A DNA stretch of 64,000 nt, taken from NCBI GenBank assembly GCA_964472415.1, contig CAYYLC010000001.1, positions 67,269 to 131,268 on the forward strand, written 5' to 3'. The notes under the pieces are model-generated. The model saw only the letters and a program-made list of their open reading frames with translations, ran no database searches and was not told where the DNA came from. The position numbers were made by a program, and so were the translations under genes. Below are positions 8,974-18,510 of the stretch, one piece after another; positions within the stretch are counted from its first letter, which is position 1; every line of letters begins with the position of its first letter. Source of the DNA: an uncultured Gammaproteobacteria bacterium (GTDB lineage: Bacteria; Patescibacteriota; Microgenomatia; Levybacterales; GWA1-39-11).

Positions 8974-10035
8974 TTATGCAAAATATAATTCCGGATTTGA
9001 TTTTACTTCTTCCCAGTTTTTTTCTTCTCCATTCATGAGTGCATATGCGCCGATCATGGCAGCGTTATCAGTAGCAAACTCTTTTTGCGGTGCAAAAATC
9101 TGAATTAGAAGTTGGGATTTTCGAATGGCAAGCTGAAAATGCCCCATAAGTGTTTGATTTGCGGAAACACCGCCCCCAATAAGAATAGTTTCGCAGTTGT
9201 ATTGCATTGCGGCTTTTATCGTTTTTTTAACAAGTACAGTGATTATCGATTTTTGTGTTGCGTAGCAAATTTGATTTTTTAAATCTTCAGTTAGAGTATG
9301 GGATTTTACGAACCGCATAACTTCTGCTTTAAGTCCTGAGAACGAAAAGTCAAAATCATTTGAGTTGAGGAGTGGACTCTGGAATTTTATTTCAGGATTT
9401 GTTACGTTCAGTGCACGTTTTTCTAGTTCGGGTCCTGCAGGGTATGGAAGACCTATCATACGCCCAATTTTATCTATTGCTTCGCCAGCAGCATCATCTC
9501 TTGTTCCACCAAGCCATGTGAAATCAGTGTGAGATTTGAAATATAAAAGATCGGTATGTCCTCCAGATACGATAAGCCCTATAAATGGAAGATTGATATC
9601 ATTGCCAGTTTTATTGATAAAATTTGCATAGATGTGTGCCGTTAGGTGGTTTACTGGAATCAAGGGCTTATGAAATGCATATGAAAGAGTTTTTGCAGTC
9701 TCTACTCCAACAAGAAGTGATCCGATAAGTCCAGGCCCATACGTGACAGCAATAGCATCTATATCTTCGCTGAGGATTTTTTTTGCATTTTGGAAATCCT
9801 TAATAGTATTTTTATTCTCAATATTTTTTGACTTGAGAAGTGCAGATGTGATTATCGGGATAATTGCTTTTATTTGTTCTCGTGCTGCATTTTCTGGAAT
9901 TATCCCTCCAGTTTCTGCATGCATCTGAGATGACGTTGCAAGTTTATTTGATAGCACAGATATGATACTATCTTTTCTCTCAATAACAGAGGCGCCTGTT
10001 TCATCGCATGATGATTCGATAGCAAGAATTTTCAT
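8974..10035 (-). CDS. tsaD: tRNA N6-adenosine threonylcarbamoyltransferase TsaD (Kae1/Gcp)
   Basis: MKILAIESSCDETGASV, YGPGLIGSLLVG, IVSGGHT motifs. Confidence 0.9.
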   Translation of the reverse strand: MKILAIESSCDETGASVIERKDSIISVLSNKLATSSQMHAETGGIIPENAAREQIKAIIPIITSALLKSKNIENKNTIKDFQNAKKILSEDIDAIAVTYGPGLIGSLLVGVETAKTLSYAFHKPLIPVNHLTAHIYANFINKTGNDINLPFIGLIVSGGHTDLLYFKSHTDFTWLGGTRDDAAGEAIDKIGRMIGLPYPAGPELEKRALNVTNPEIKFQSPLLNSNDFDFSFSGLKAEVMRFVKSHTLTEDLKNQICYATQKSIITVLVKKTIKAAMQYNCETILIGGGVSANQTLMGHFQLAIRKSQLLIQIFAPQKEFATDNAAMIGAYALMNGEEKNWEEVKSNPELYFA

Positions 10036-10040
10036 GAGGG

Positions 10041-10508
10041 TTATAGTCCATCGATGGATATTTCGTCACCAATTTCTATTTCGAGTTTATCAGAAAGTCC
10101 TCCGTTTATCTCTAAAACATAATTTGCCGGTGCTTGTGGTTTGTAGATAATTTCTGTATTTTGCGGTTTTGCATTTTTCATAATATCAACAATTTTGTTA
10201 TCAGAAATATAGATAATGTCGAGAGGGAAGTTTACATCTCTCATCCAGAATTCATATTCACCCTTCTCTTCGAATATAAAAAGCATCCCGGTATCTTCAC
10301 TTAATTCTTCTCGATTTGAAAGTCCTTGCTCTCTTTCTTTTGCTTCATCTGCTATTTCTACATTAAATGTATCATTTCCTACAGTAACACTTGCATTCCC
10401 TCCTCCGATATTTATATTCGGAAGCAAGTTGATTCCTCGGAAGCGTAAGACAACGATGACTAGTATCAAAAGTACAAGCGCTCCGTATATGATAATAACT
10501 TTTTTCAT
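10041..10508 (-). CDS. DUF192-family protein with N-terminal membrane anchor
   Basis: TM at N-terminus; GMLFIFEEKGEYEFWMRDVNFPLDIIYIS resembles the DUF192 core. Confidence 0.6.
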   Translation of the reverse strand: MKKVIIIYGALVLLILVIVVLRFRGINLLPNINIGGGNASVTVGNDTFNVEIADEAKEREQGLSNREELSEDTGMLFIFEEKGEYEFWMRDVNFPLDIIYISDNKIVDIMKNAKPQNTEIIYKPQAPANYVLEINGGLSDKLEIEIGDEISIDGL

Positions 10509-10972
10509 AAATCTTCTATTATTTTAGTAGATGAAAATTTTTCATCCCGATCCATTATTTCTTGCACCCTCCCTCCAACTGACTCTGCCTGCTCTTTCTT
10601 TTTTTGAAGTAACGGATCATTTTTTGTTATGGCAATTATATCAGGCTGAATCAATTTTGTCAGGTTATAGTAATAATCATCCGAAATTATATCAGGGAGA
10701 ATAACTATAAAATCTATAAATCCTAATGCTTCAAGTGCTTGAGTACGTTTTTTTATAGTATTTACAGGACGATTTTTTCCTTTCATCCTTCGAATGTTTT
10801 TATCTGATTCGATAAGCACAATCAAGATATCGCCAGAGCGTTTCGCTTTTTGTAAAAATTCAATATGGGCACTATGTATTACGTCAAAACATCCTCCTGT
10901 TAAGACAATTTTTCCCCCTCGAGTTTTGAGTGGTTCAAGAATAGAATTTATTATGTCTGGAGAGATTATCAT
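10505..10972 (-). CDS. cytidylyltransferase-like nucleotidyltransferase (RfaE domain II / TagD-like)
   Basis: GGCFDVIHSAHIEFLQKAKRSGDILIV...SDKNIRRMKGKNRP matches the (H/T)xGH nucleotidyltransferase fold of heptose-1-P adenylyltransferase and glycerol-3-P cytidylyltransferase. Confidence 0.6.
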   Translation of the reverse strand: MIISPDIINSILEPLKTRGGKIVLTGGCFDVIHSAHIEFLQKAKRSGDILIVLIESDKNIRRMKGKNRPVNTIKKRTQALEALGFIDFIVILPDIISDDYYYNLTKLIQPDIIAITKNDPLLQKKKEQAESVGGRVQEIMDRDEKFSSTKIIEDL

Positions 10973-11946
10973 GATTGTTCAATTATAAAACTAATAAGTT
11001 CTTGAAATGAGATATCTATGGCATTTACTTCTTGGGGGAAGAGTGAAGTATTCGTAAATCCAGGGAGAGTATTTGTTTCTAGAAAATATATTTTTTTCTT
11101 TGTATAAATAAAATCTGATCTACTATATGTTTTACATCGTAATTTTTTATGAATTTCTTTGGCAAGATTTGAGATCTTTTCTGATTCGTCATGTGAGATG
11201 GATACCGGAGGAGTAATTTCCTTAGAGCCATTTATTTTATATTTTGCAGAGTAATCAAAAAAATCTGCATTTGGATGGATCTCTATAGGAGGAAGCTTTA
11301 TGAAGGTATTATCTTTTTTCTCTAAACATCCGCAGCTGAGCTCTATTCCTGTTATGAGTTCCTGTATGAGGATTTCATCGATGCGTGCTTCTTTAAATTT
11401 TTTTAAAACAGTTTTATATTCTTCTTGAGAATATACGATAGATACTAAAACGCTTGAACCTAGAGAGTTAGGCTTTACGATAAATGGAAATGGAAAATGT
11501 ATTGGGTCTGTAATAGAGATTAGTTTTGTTTGAGGAAAGGAGAGATCATCAGTGTCTTGGAGGTACTTTATGGTACGCATTTTATTCATACAGAGAGCAC
11601 TCGATTTTGCATTTGATCCAGTGAATCGAATATGAGAATCGGAGAGTTTTTTTTGGATAGTCCCATCTTCACCAAATTCTCCATGTAGCGCAGAGAGTAG
11701 CGCCATATCAAAATTATCTTTGTTGTTCTGCAATGTTATTTCAAAGTCCTGGAATAGAATATTTTTTGGAGGAATAATCCCATCTGATGGTTTATAGAAT
11801 GCACTACTCAAATTTTTTTGTATATAAAATATATAGGGTTCAAATTGTGAGTGGTCTATGTGTTTAAGGATTGCTTGGGCACTTGAGAGGGAAACTTCGT
11901 GTTCTGAAGAGGGTCCTCCGCAAAATATTGCTATTCTCCTCCTCAT
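10969..11946 (-). CDS. ddl: D-alanine--D-alanine ligase
   Basis: IAIFCGGPSSEHEVSLSSA N-terminus, ATP-grasp body, ~325 aa. Confidence 0.8.
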   Translation of the reverse strand: MRRRIAIFCGGPSSEHEVSLSSAQAILKHIDHSQFEPYIFYIQKNLSSAFYKPSDGIIPPKNILFQDFEITLQNNKDNFDMALLSALHGEFGEDGTIQKKLSDSHIRFTGSNAKSSALCMNKMRTIKYLQDTDDLSFPQTKLISITDPIHFPFPFIVKPNSLGSSVLVSIVYSQEEYKTVLKKFKEARIDEILIQELITGIELSCGCLEKKDNTFIKLPPIEIHPNADFFDYSAKYKINGSKEITPPVSISHDESEKISNLAKEIHKKLRCKTYSRSDFIYTKKKIYFLETNTLPGFTNTSLFPQEVNAIDISFQELISFIIEQS

Positions 11947-13367
11947 CCTTGCTTCGTTCCGATTTTATAAATTGCGCGCCATGGAGAGTAGCGCGTGGAA
12001 AATGTTTCCTCAATAAGTATTTCTCCATTTTTAGTAACTGTACGGGTAAATTGAATATGCGCACCAGTAGCAGCAAAATCAACTTGTTCGGTGGTGCCAA
12101 CGGGAAGATTCGGATCGTCTTCATAGAGTGGTTCTGGTGGAGGGCTTTGGCTAAGAATTACGGGATTAGAGATTTGACTTACTCTTCCATCATTTTTTCC
12201 GTACATAGTGAAGGTGAGCCGCGCTTCTTGCGGGCTAAAGTCAGATACGATAAGGATATGATTCCCCGTGTCATTCTTAAATTTTAAATCTACTGTTGGC
12301 ACATAAATAGTTGCATCGATTCCTGGAGGTGACTGCTGTTCATAGTAGCTTACCCTATATGAGTGGGCATGACGTTCTGTTATTGGGACGCCGGCATCGA
12401 GCATTGCTCGAAAAAGCGTTGTAGACACTTGGCACACTCCACCACCATCACCAAGCACTGTTCTTCCACCAGAGATAACATACGCCTCTTTATATCCTGC
12501 AAGTGCAGAGATATCCCCAACGTGCTTGTTGAATGAAAACTCTTCTCCTGGTGCTACGAGTGTTCCATCTATTTTATCGGCAGCATGTCCCACGTTATGG
12601 ACTCTGTTTGGAATTGATCCAGCAAAATATGAGGTTCCTTCTCCAATTTTCTCTACTATGCCGTATTCATTTGCTTCTTCAGTAGTTATTTCTGGTTCTG
12701 TAGTGATAATAGGAAGAGTAAGTTGGAACTCTTGCATTTTATCTGACTGTATAATATCAGGTATGCGTTCCGCTACAAAAGATTTTATCCTTTTTATGTC
12801 GAGAGTAGTCCCGTTTTGTGATTGAGAAAATTTTACTACGCGATTATTCACTATTTCAAACTCTGCATTAATTGCATCTTTATGGGCGAGTTCTTTAAAA
12901 GGAGCAAGATGTCCTGCAAGTCTTGCCTCATCAATCGTATATGATGAATTGAGTGTTATGCCATTAAGGTACGCGTTAGTAATGATAAAGAAATTCGAAA
13001 GTATATTCGGAGATTTTCCTAGCTCTGAAGCTTGTTCTGCCATGAGTTTCGCATCGTATCCGATATTGAGTTCTTTTGCAGATGCAGTTGCAGTTTCGTT
13101 TTCATAAGTAAAAGTAAAATTACTATTGCCAATAGTTTTATTTTTTTCTTCATATATATACATAATTTCTTCTTTTGTTTTTTCGCCTACGTATGTATTG
13201 TCGATAAAAATGCCGGGGATGGTTTTTTCTTGATAGTTATACTGAAAGGCAAGAGCAGCAATAGAGAGTAATGTGAGGCCGGCTATCAGAAATCCAACCA
13301 AAAACCAAAATGAAGATTTGCTGATGTGAAAAGATTTTTTACCAACGGTAATAAATTTGTCTTTCAT
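11943..13367 (-). CDS. VanW-family protein (YoaR-like), N-terminal TM
   Basis: GGGVCQVSTTLFRAMLDAGVPITERHAHSY is the VanW core; N-terminal signal anchor. Confidence 0.8.
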   Translation of the reverse strand: MKDKFITVGKKSFHISKSSFWFLVGFLIAGLTLLSIAALAFQYNYQEKTIPGIFIDNTYVGEKTKEEIMYIYEEKNKTIGNSNFTFTYENETATASAKELNIGYDAKLMAEQASELGKSPNILSNFFIITNAYLNGITLNSSYTIDEARLAGHLAPFKELAHKDAINAEFEIVNNRVVKFSQSQNGTTLDIKRIKSFVAERIPDIIQSDKMQEFQLTLPIITTEPEITTEEANEYGIVEKIGEGTSYFAGSIPNRVHNVGHAADKIDGTLVAPGEEFSFNKHVGDISALAGYKEAYVISGGRTVLGDGGGVCQVSTTLFRAMLDAGVPITERHAHSYRVSYYEQQSPPGIDATIYVPTVDLKFKNDTGNHILIVSDFSPQEARLTFTMYGKNDGRVSQISNPVILSQSPPPEPLYEDDPNLPVGTTEQVDFAATGAHIQFTRTVTKNGEILIEETFSTRYSPWRAIYKIGTKQG

Positions 13368-13424
13368 GAGGATAATATTAGATTTTTCTACGTGATGTTA
13401 TTATACTATACAAGATAACAATTT

Positions 13425-14855
13425 ATGGATCCGAATTCTACACCTGCCCAAATCCAACAAGATCCTTACTACGCTCAAAATGACGGAGGAGGGATATTTG
13501 CCAATAAAAAAAAGCTTCTTTTTATAGTGCTTGGAATCATTCTTTTTCTTATAGTAGCAAGCTTTATTTTTTGGTTCATATTTGGTCGTGGTCCAAAAGT
13601 AGAAGAAGAAGTGAGAATTGTATATTGGGGAGTTTGGGAGGATGCCGCAGTTTTGCAGCCAATATTTGATGAATTTCAAAAGCAACATCCAAATATTACA
13701 ATTCAATATGAAAAACAGGACATAAAGACTCTCGGAGATTATGTCACTCGTTTAAAAACTCGTGCTTCCGAGCGAGGCGATGGTGCACCTGATATCGTCA
13801 GGTTTCACAGTAGTTGGTTGTTACAGCTGCAGAATATTTTAGCGCCATTCCCCCAAGATGTAGTGGCAGAAACAGGATTAGAGAAAGATTATTTTCATGT
13901 AGTTGAGAATGATTTAAAGGGAAGTGATGGGGCATATTATGGCTTACCATTGAGCATTGATACTTTGGCGTTATATGTAAATACAGATTTGCTTTCAAAT
14001 ATTGGTGCGAGTCCGCCTACGGCCTGGGCTGGAGAAAATGCGATTGATGATCTTGCCCGGGAGCTTACCGTTGTAGATGCGGGGAATATAGTTCAGTCAG
14101 GAGTTGCGATGGGAACATATGAGAATATTTCTCATGCATCAGATATTATTTCATTATTACTACTTCAGAATGGTGCTAATTTTAGAAATTTGGCTGGGAG
14201 TTGTTTAGAGTGTACGGTGAATGCAATCCAGTATTACACAATTCTCTCGCGAGGGAGTACTGCTGTATGGAATCAAAGCATGGATAATTCTAAAATTGCG
14301 TTTGCGGGAGGAAGGCTTGCAATGTATTTTGGGTATGCATGGGATATATATGAAATAAAGGCGGCAAATCCAAACCTTAACTTCCAGATTGTGCCAGTAC
14401 CAAGACTCCCGGAGTCACCGTCGACAATAACTACTGACTATACGATAGCAAGCTACTGGGCTGAAGGAGTTATAGGTACGTCCAGGCATCAGCGTGCTGC
14501 TTTTGACCTCCTCAAATTTATGGGGAGAAATGAGACGCTGCAAAAAATTTATGAAAATCAAACGAAAGCTCGTGGTGTGGGATCTCCATATCCGAAAAGG
14601 GCTCTTGCAGAATCGATAAAGGAAAATAATGAAGTTTATCCCTTTACCGTTGGGGCAGATAAAGCTGTTTCTGTATACTTTGCTTCAGACACATTCGATG
14701 GAAATAATGGTATGAATCAGACATTAAATATTTATCTTGGGAACGCTATCAATAGCATTACCACTAAAAATACGTCTGCGACGAGTGCTGTTGAGACGCT
14801 CAGTGCTGGAGTAAATGAAGTTTTATCGCGTTATGAAGAATCAGCTCAAAACTAA
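13425..14855 (+). CDS. extracellular solute-binding protein (ABC-type, family 1), membrane-anchored, no adjacent permease or ATPase
   Basis: N-terminal TM then VRIVYWGVWEDAAVLQPIFDEF..NITIQYEK, typical SBP_bac_1 start; ~476 aa. Confidence 0.6.
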   Translation: MDPNSTPAQIQQDPYYAQNDGGGIFANKKKLLFIVLGIILFLIVASFIFWFIFGRGPKVEEEVRIVYWGVWEDAAVLQPIFDEFQKQHPNITIQYEKQDIKTLGDYVTRLKTRASERGDGAPDIVRFHSSWLLQLQNILAPFPQDVVAETGLEKDYFHVVENDLKGSDGAYYGLPLSIDTLALYVNTDLLSNIGASPPTAWAGENAIDDLARELTVVDAGNIVQSGVAMGTYENISHASDIISLLLLQNGANFRNLAGSCLECTVNAIQYYTILSRGSTAVWNQSMDNSKIAFAGGRLAMYFGYAWDIYEIKAANPNLNFQIVPVPRLPESPSTITTDYTIASYWAEGVIGTSRHQRAAFDLLKFMGRNETLQKIYENQTKARGVGSPYPKRALAESIKENNEVYPFTVGADKAVSVYFASDTFDGNNGMNQTLNIYLGNAINSITTKNTSATSAVETLSAGVNEVLSRYEESAQN

Positions 14856-15777
14856 TATTATCGATACGCTTTCATACTTTGATGTATTTTCGTATCCGCT
14901 AACGCTTGAACAAGTTGAATTATTCCTTCATTTTCAAGAGCTTGATAAAAAAAACCTCAAAAGTTACCTTAGCAAAATTCCTATTATTGAAAAAAAATAT
15001 GGTTATTATTTTTTTTCAGGAAGAGAGCAGGTTGCTGTGCGTCGAAAGATGAAGGAAACTGAGAATGAGCGAAAGCTCACTATCGCAAAGAAGTATATCA
15101 GTCTTTTGAGCAATGTACCAGGAGTTAAAATGATTGGGATAACAGGGAGCCTTTCAATGGGGAATGCATCAGAGAACGATGATATCGACTTATTTATTAT
15201 AACTCGAAAAAATACCCTTTGGATTACGAGATTTCTGGTGGTATGCGTTACGAAATGTATTGGGAGAAGGAGAAGTTATGGGGATAAGAAGGTGAAAGAC
15301 AGATTGTGCTTGAATATGTTTTTAGATGAGCGAGATTTGGAATTTTCAGAAAAGAGCCTATACATTGCGCATGAGATTGTGCAGATGAAAGTGTATTATG
15401 ATGAACACAGGATGTTCCGAGAGTTTATAGAGAAGAATTCTTGGATTCAAGAGTTTTTTCCTTCTATCGAAGTAAAACGATCGAATCAAAAGAGGAAGAA
15501 AAGATGGTTTGATTTTCTGTTCTTTTCTGATAGATTAGTCCGATTTTTCAACCTATTCGCTTTCATTTTTCAGTACCTTTATATGAGTAGTAAAATTACT
15601 CGAGAAAAGGTATCTCTTCGAAAAGCATTCTTTCATCCTAATGAATATAGCGGAATAATCTTGAGAGAATATAGGAAAAGATCAAATGACTATCAGCTAA
15701 TGTATGAAAACAGTAATAAACTTTTACACTTTGAGGTTAAAAAGGGCAATGTGAAGCCGACAAAGCACTATAATTAA
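14815..15777 (+). CDS. Pol-beta-superfamily nucleotidyltransferase domain protein
   Basis: GITGSLSMGNASENDDIDLFII is a GS...DxD nucleotidyltransferase motif; start uncertain (ATG 14815 or 14833), both overlap the upstream gene. Confidence 0.5.
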   Translation: MKFYRVMKNQLKTNIIDTLSYFDVFSYPLTLEQVELFLHFQELDKKNLKSYLSKIPIIEKKYGYYFFSGREQVAVRRKMKETENERKLTIAKKYISLLSNVPGVKMIGITGSLSMGNASENDDIDLFIITRKNTLWITRFLVVCVTKCIGRRRSYGDKKVKDRLCLNMFLDERDLEFSEKSLYIAHEIVQMKVYYDEHRMFREFIEKNSWIQEFFPSIEVKRSNQKRKKRWFDFLFFSDRLVRFFNLFAFIFQYLYMSSKITREKVSLRKAFFHPNEYSGIILREYRKRSNDYQLMYENSNKLLHFEVKKGNVKPTKHYN

Positions 15778-15787
15778 CTCCAGGATA

Positions 15788-15816
15788 TTGACACCTAATA
15801 TGCGATTATGTATAGT
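15788..15816 (+). promoter_or_regulatory. sigma70-like promoter upstream of greA (TTGACA-17 nt-TATAGT)
   Basis: TTGACA 15788-15793, 17-nt spacer, TATAGT 15811-15816. Confidence 0.5.
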
Positions 15817-15881
15817 ACCTGTTGTAAGTGAAAAGTAGCCCCCGGAATATATCTTGAGGGGATTTTTTTTAACCTATACTT

Positions 15882-16349
15882 ATGGATAAGAAGCAATTTT
15901 TCGTAACACAGCAAGGACTTGAAGAATTAAAGGCAGAATTGGAGAATCTTCAGAAGAAGAAGAGGCCAGAGGTGGTTGAGCGAGTTTCAAATGCGCGCTC
16001 TATGGGTGATCTGTCGGAAAACTCTGAATATCATGCAGCCAAAGAAGAATTATCACTAGTAGATGGGAGAATTGAAGAGTTGGGGGAGATTATAAAAAAG
16101 GTTCAGATTATTTCTGAGGATGGAAAAAATAATGGAGTGATTAATCTTGGGTCTCAAGTTACTATAAAAGTTAATGATAAAGAAGAAATATTCCTTTTGG
16201 TGGGAGAATGGGAGGCTGATCCACGGGAGAAAAAGATTTCTCATGAATCACCGCTTGGGAAAGCATTGATCGGGAAAAAGCCAGGAGATACGGTAGAGGT
16301 TGAAGCACCAGCAGGAAAAATTGCATACCACATTGTAAAAATCCACTAA
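15882..16349 (+). CDS. greA: transcription elongation factor GreA
   Basis: N-terminal coiled coil, SMGDLSENSEYHAAKEE motif, 155 aa. Confidence 0.9.
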   Translation: MDKKQFFVTQQGLEELKAELENLQKKKRPEVVERVSNARSMGDLSENSEYHAAKEELSLVDGRIEELGEIIKKVQIISEDGKNNGVINLGSQVTIKVNDKEEIFLLVGEWEADPREKKISHESPLGKALIGKKPGDTVEVEAPAGKIAYHIVKIH

Positions 16350-16397
16350 ATCTCTAATAGATTTCTATTTTGAGCCGAAAAGTATTATAATTCTTCT

Positions 16398-17900
16398 ATG
16401 TTCTGGGCAGATAAAATATTGCAAAAAAGAAAAAATGATGAATGGGTCAATGATGCATGGACTCCTTCTGGAATAATTCATATGGGTAGTCTGAAGGGGT
16501 TAGTTATCCATGATGTGCTTAATAAGATAATTTGTGAACAGGGAAGAAAAACAAAGTATACTTTCGGATTTGATGATTTTGATCCGATAGATGGTTTACC
16601 TGTCAACCTTCGGGAGAAGTTAGGAGAGTATATGGGGGTTCCGATCTGTAACGCGCCTGCACCAAGTGGAGAAGGGACTTTTGGAGAATATTATGCTCAA
16701 GTTATGCGTAGTATGTTTAAGAAATTGGGGATTGAAGCTGAGATTTATTTAGCATCTGATTATTATAGGAAAGGAATTTACGACGAATCTATTCGGTTTG
16801 TTTTAGATAATGCGGATAAAATAAGAAAAGTCTATTCAGAAATGTATCAGAAGGAAATTGCATCGAGCTGGTTTCCTTTACAAGTGATTTGTTTGAATTG
16901 TGGAAAATTGGGCACTACGAAAGTGGTAGATTGGAATGGAGAAATGGTAACTTATGAATGTTCTAAAACACTCGTTAAATGGGCAGAAGGATGTGGTAAT
17001 ACAGGTATGGTTTCGCCATTTGGTGGAAATGCAAAGATGCCATTCAAGGTGGAGTGGGCAGCAAAATGGTGGACGTTTGGGGTAACTATAGAAGGTGCTG
17101 GGAAAGATCATGCATCAGCTGGCGGTACGTATGATGTTGCAAGAAAAATTATTAAAGATGTATTCGAAAAAGACCCTCCGTTAAAAATCCCCTATGAATT
17201 TTTCCTCTATGACGGAAAGAAAATGTCATCATCAAAAGGGCTAGGTCTTACTGGTGATGATCTTTTAGAAGTAATGCCTCCAGAGCTAGTCCGGTTCCTT
17301 ATGATAAAGACGTTGCCGAATCAGGCTGTAGAGTTTAATCCATATAGTACGCAAATTATCCCACGGCTATATGATGATTATCAAAAATGTGCGATAAAGT
17401 ATCAAAAAGGAATTGATGATGACGATGCGCGGGTTTTTAAGCTCTCTCAGGTTGGCGATAGTGTCCTATATCCGCCAGAGGAGCGCTTTACGACACTCGC
17501 TCAATGGTCGCAGATGCCTTCAGTCCTTAGTGAGATATCAGATTCAGCATTAGTACCATGGATTAAGTATGCCAAGATTTGGGTAGAAAAATATGCCCCC
17601 GAAAAGGATAAGTTTTTAGTGCAAGAATCACTTCCTGAAATGGTTACAGAGCTCTCTTCCGAGCAGAAGAATTATTTGAATGAATTACAAAAAAAACTTT
17701 CTCGTAAACTCACCCCTGAACAAATCCAGGAGATAGTGTATGATACTGCAAAAGAGCTCAATATTAGATCTTTAGATGCGTTTAAGGCAATTTATACATC
17801 GCTTCTCGGAAAGGATCATGGTCCAAAAGCTGCATGGTTAATCTCTTCGCTTGATGATGAGTTTGTAAAACAAAGATTTGCTGAAAGCGTACATGCATAA
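16398..17900 (+). CDS. lysK: lysine--tRNA ligase, class I (archaeal-type)
   Basis: HIGH-like IHMGSL and KMSKS-like KMSSSKG; ~500 aa with class I LysRS architecture. Confidence 0.8.
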   Translation: MFWADKILQKRKNDEWVNDAWTPSGIIHMGSLKGLVIHDVLNKIICEQGRKTKYTFGFDDFDPIDGLPVNLREKLGEYMGVPICNAPAPSGEGTFGEYYAQVMRSMFKKLGIEAEIYLASDYYRKGIYDESIRFVLDNADKIRKVYSEMYQKEIASSWFPLQVICLNCGKLGTTKVVDWNGEMVTYECSKTLVKWAEGCGNTGMVSPFGGNAKMPFKVEWAAKWWTFGVTIEGAGKDHASAGGTYDVARKIIKDVFEKDPPLKIPYEFFLYDGKKMSSSKGLGLTGDDLLEVMPPELVRFLMIKTLPNQAVEFNPYSTQIIPRLYDDYQKCAIKYQKGIDDDDARVFKLSQVGDSVLYPPEERFTTLAQWSQMPSVLSEISDSALVPWIKYAKIWVEKYAPEKDKFLVQESLPEMVTELSSEQKNYLNELQKKLSRKLTPEQIQEIVYDTAKELNIRSLDAFKAIYTSLLGKDHGPKAAWLISSLDDEFVKQRFAESVHA

Positions 17901-18510
17901 ACTTCTTATCGCAACACATAATCCGGGGAAACTCAACGAAATAAAAAAGTTTCTCGATGGGCCCTTTTTTAGCAGTATGGTTTCACTGAATGATGTTGGG
18001 ATCGATGAAGATGTAGAAGAGAATGGAAGCTCGTATGCCGAAAATTCTTTGATTAAGGCAAGATTTTTTGCAAAGAAATCAGGCTTACCCGCGCTTTCTG
18101 ATGATGGAGGGCTTGAAATAGCAGCATTAGAAAATGCGCCAGGGATTCATAGTAAGCGATGGTTGGGAGATGATGCAACAGAAAAGGATTTAATAAACCA
18201 CATGATAAGTGTTGCAAAAGAATTGCCAGATGATAATAGGGTTGCGTGGTTTAAGACAGTTATAACACTTGTTTTGCCGAATGGAAAAAGTTTTCAGGTG
18301 AGCGGTGAGGTTAAGGGTATTATTGCAAAACAACCATTATTGAAATATTTAAAAGGATATCCGTATAGATCCTTTTTCTATTTGCCAGATTTGGGGAAAT
18401 ATTATCATGAAAATGAGCTTTCAATTCCCGAAATGAAGCTTTATAATCACAGATACAAGGCGATTCAGGAATTATTGCCAATAATGAAAAAAGAAATAAA
18501 CAATGCTTAA
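17878..18510 (+). CDS. rdgB: non-canonical purine NTP pyrophosphatase (RdgB/HAM1 family)
   Basis: LLIATHNPGKLNEIKKFL N-motif and C-terminal FYLPDLGKYY..SIPEMKLYNHRYKA; ATG at 17893 is the likely true start. Confidence 0.8.
   Translation: MLKAYMHKLLIATHNPGKLNEIKKFLDGPFFSSMVSLNDVGIDEDVEENGSSYAENSLIKARFFAKKSGLPALSDDGGLEIAALENAPGIHSKRWLGDDATEKDLINHMISVAKELPDDNRVAWFKTVITLVLPNGKSFQVSGEVKGIIAKQPLLKYLKGYPYRSFFYLPDLGKYYHENELSIPEMKLYNHRYKAIQELLPIMKKEINNA

Noticed and set aside
15839-15870. Rho-independent terminator for the nucleotidyltransferase gene upstream of greA
   Set aside because: The stem is only 4 bp (CCCC/GGGG) despite a U8 tract. It is kept as a low-interest leader observation and not called as a terminator.
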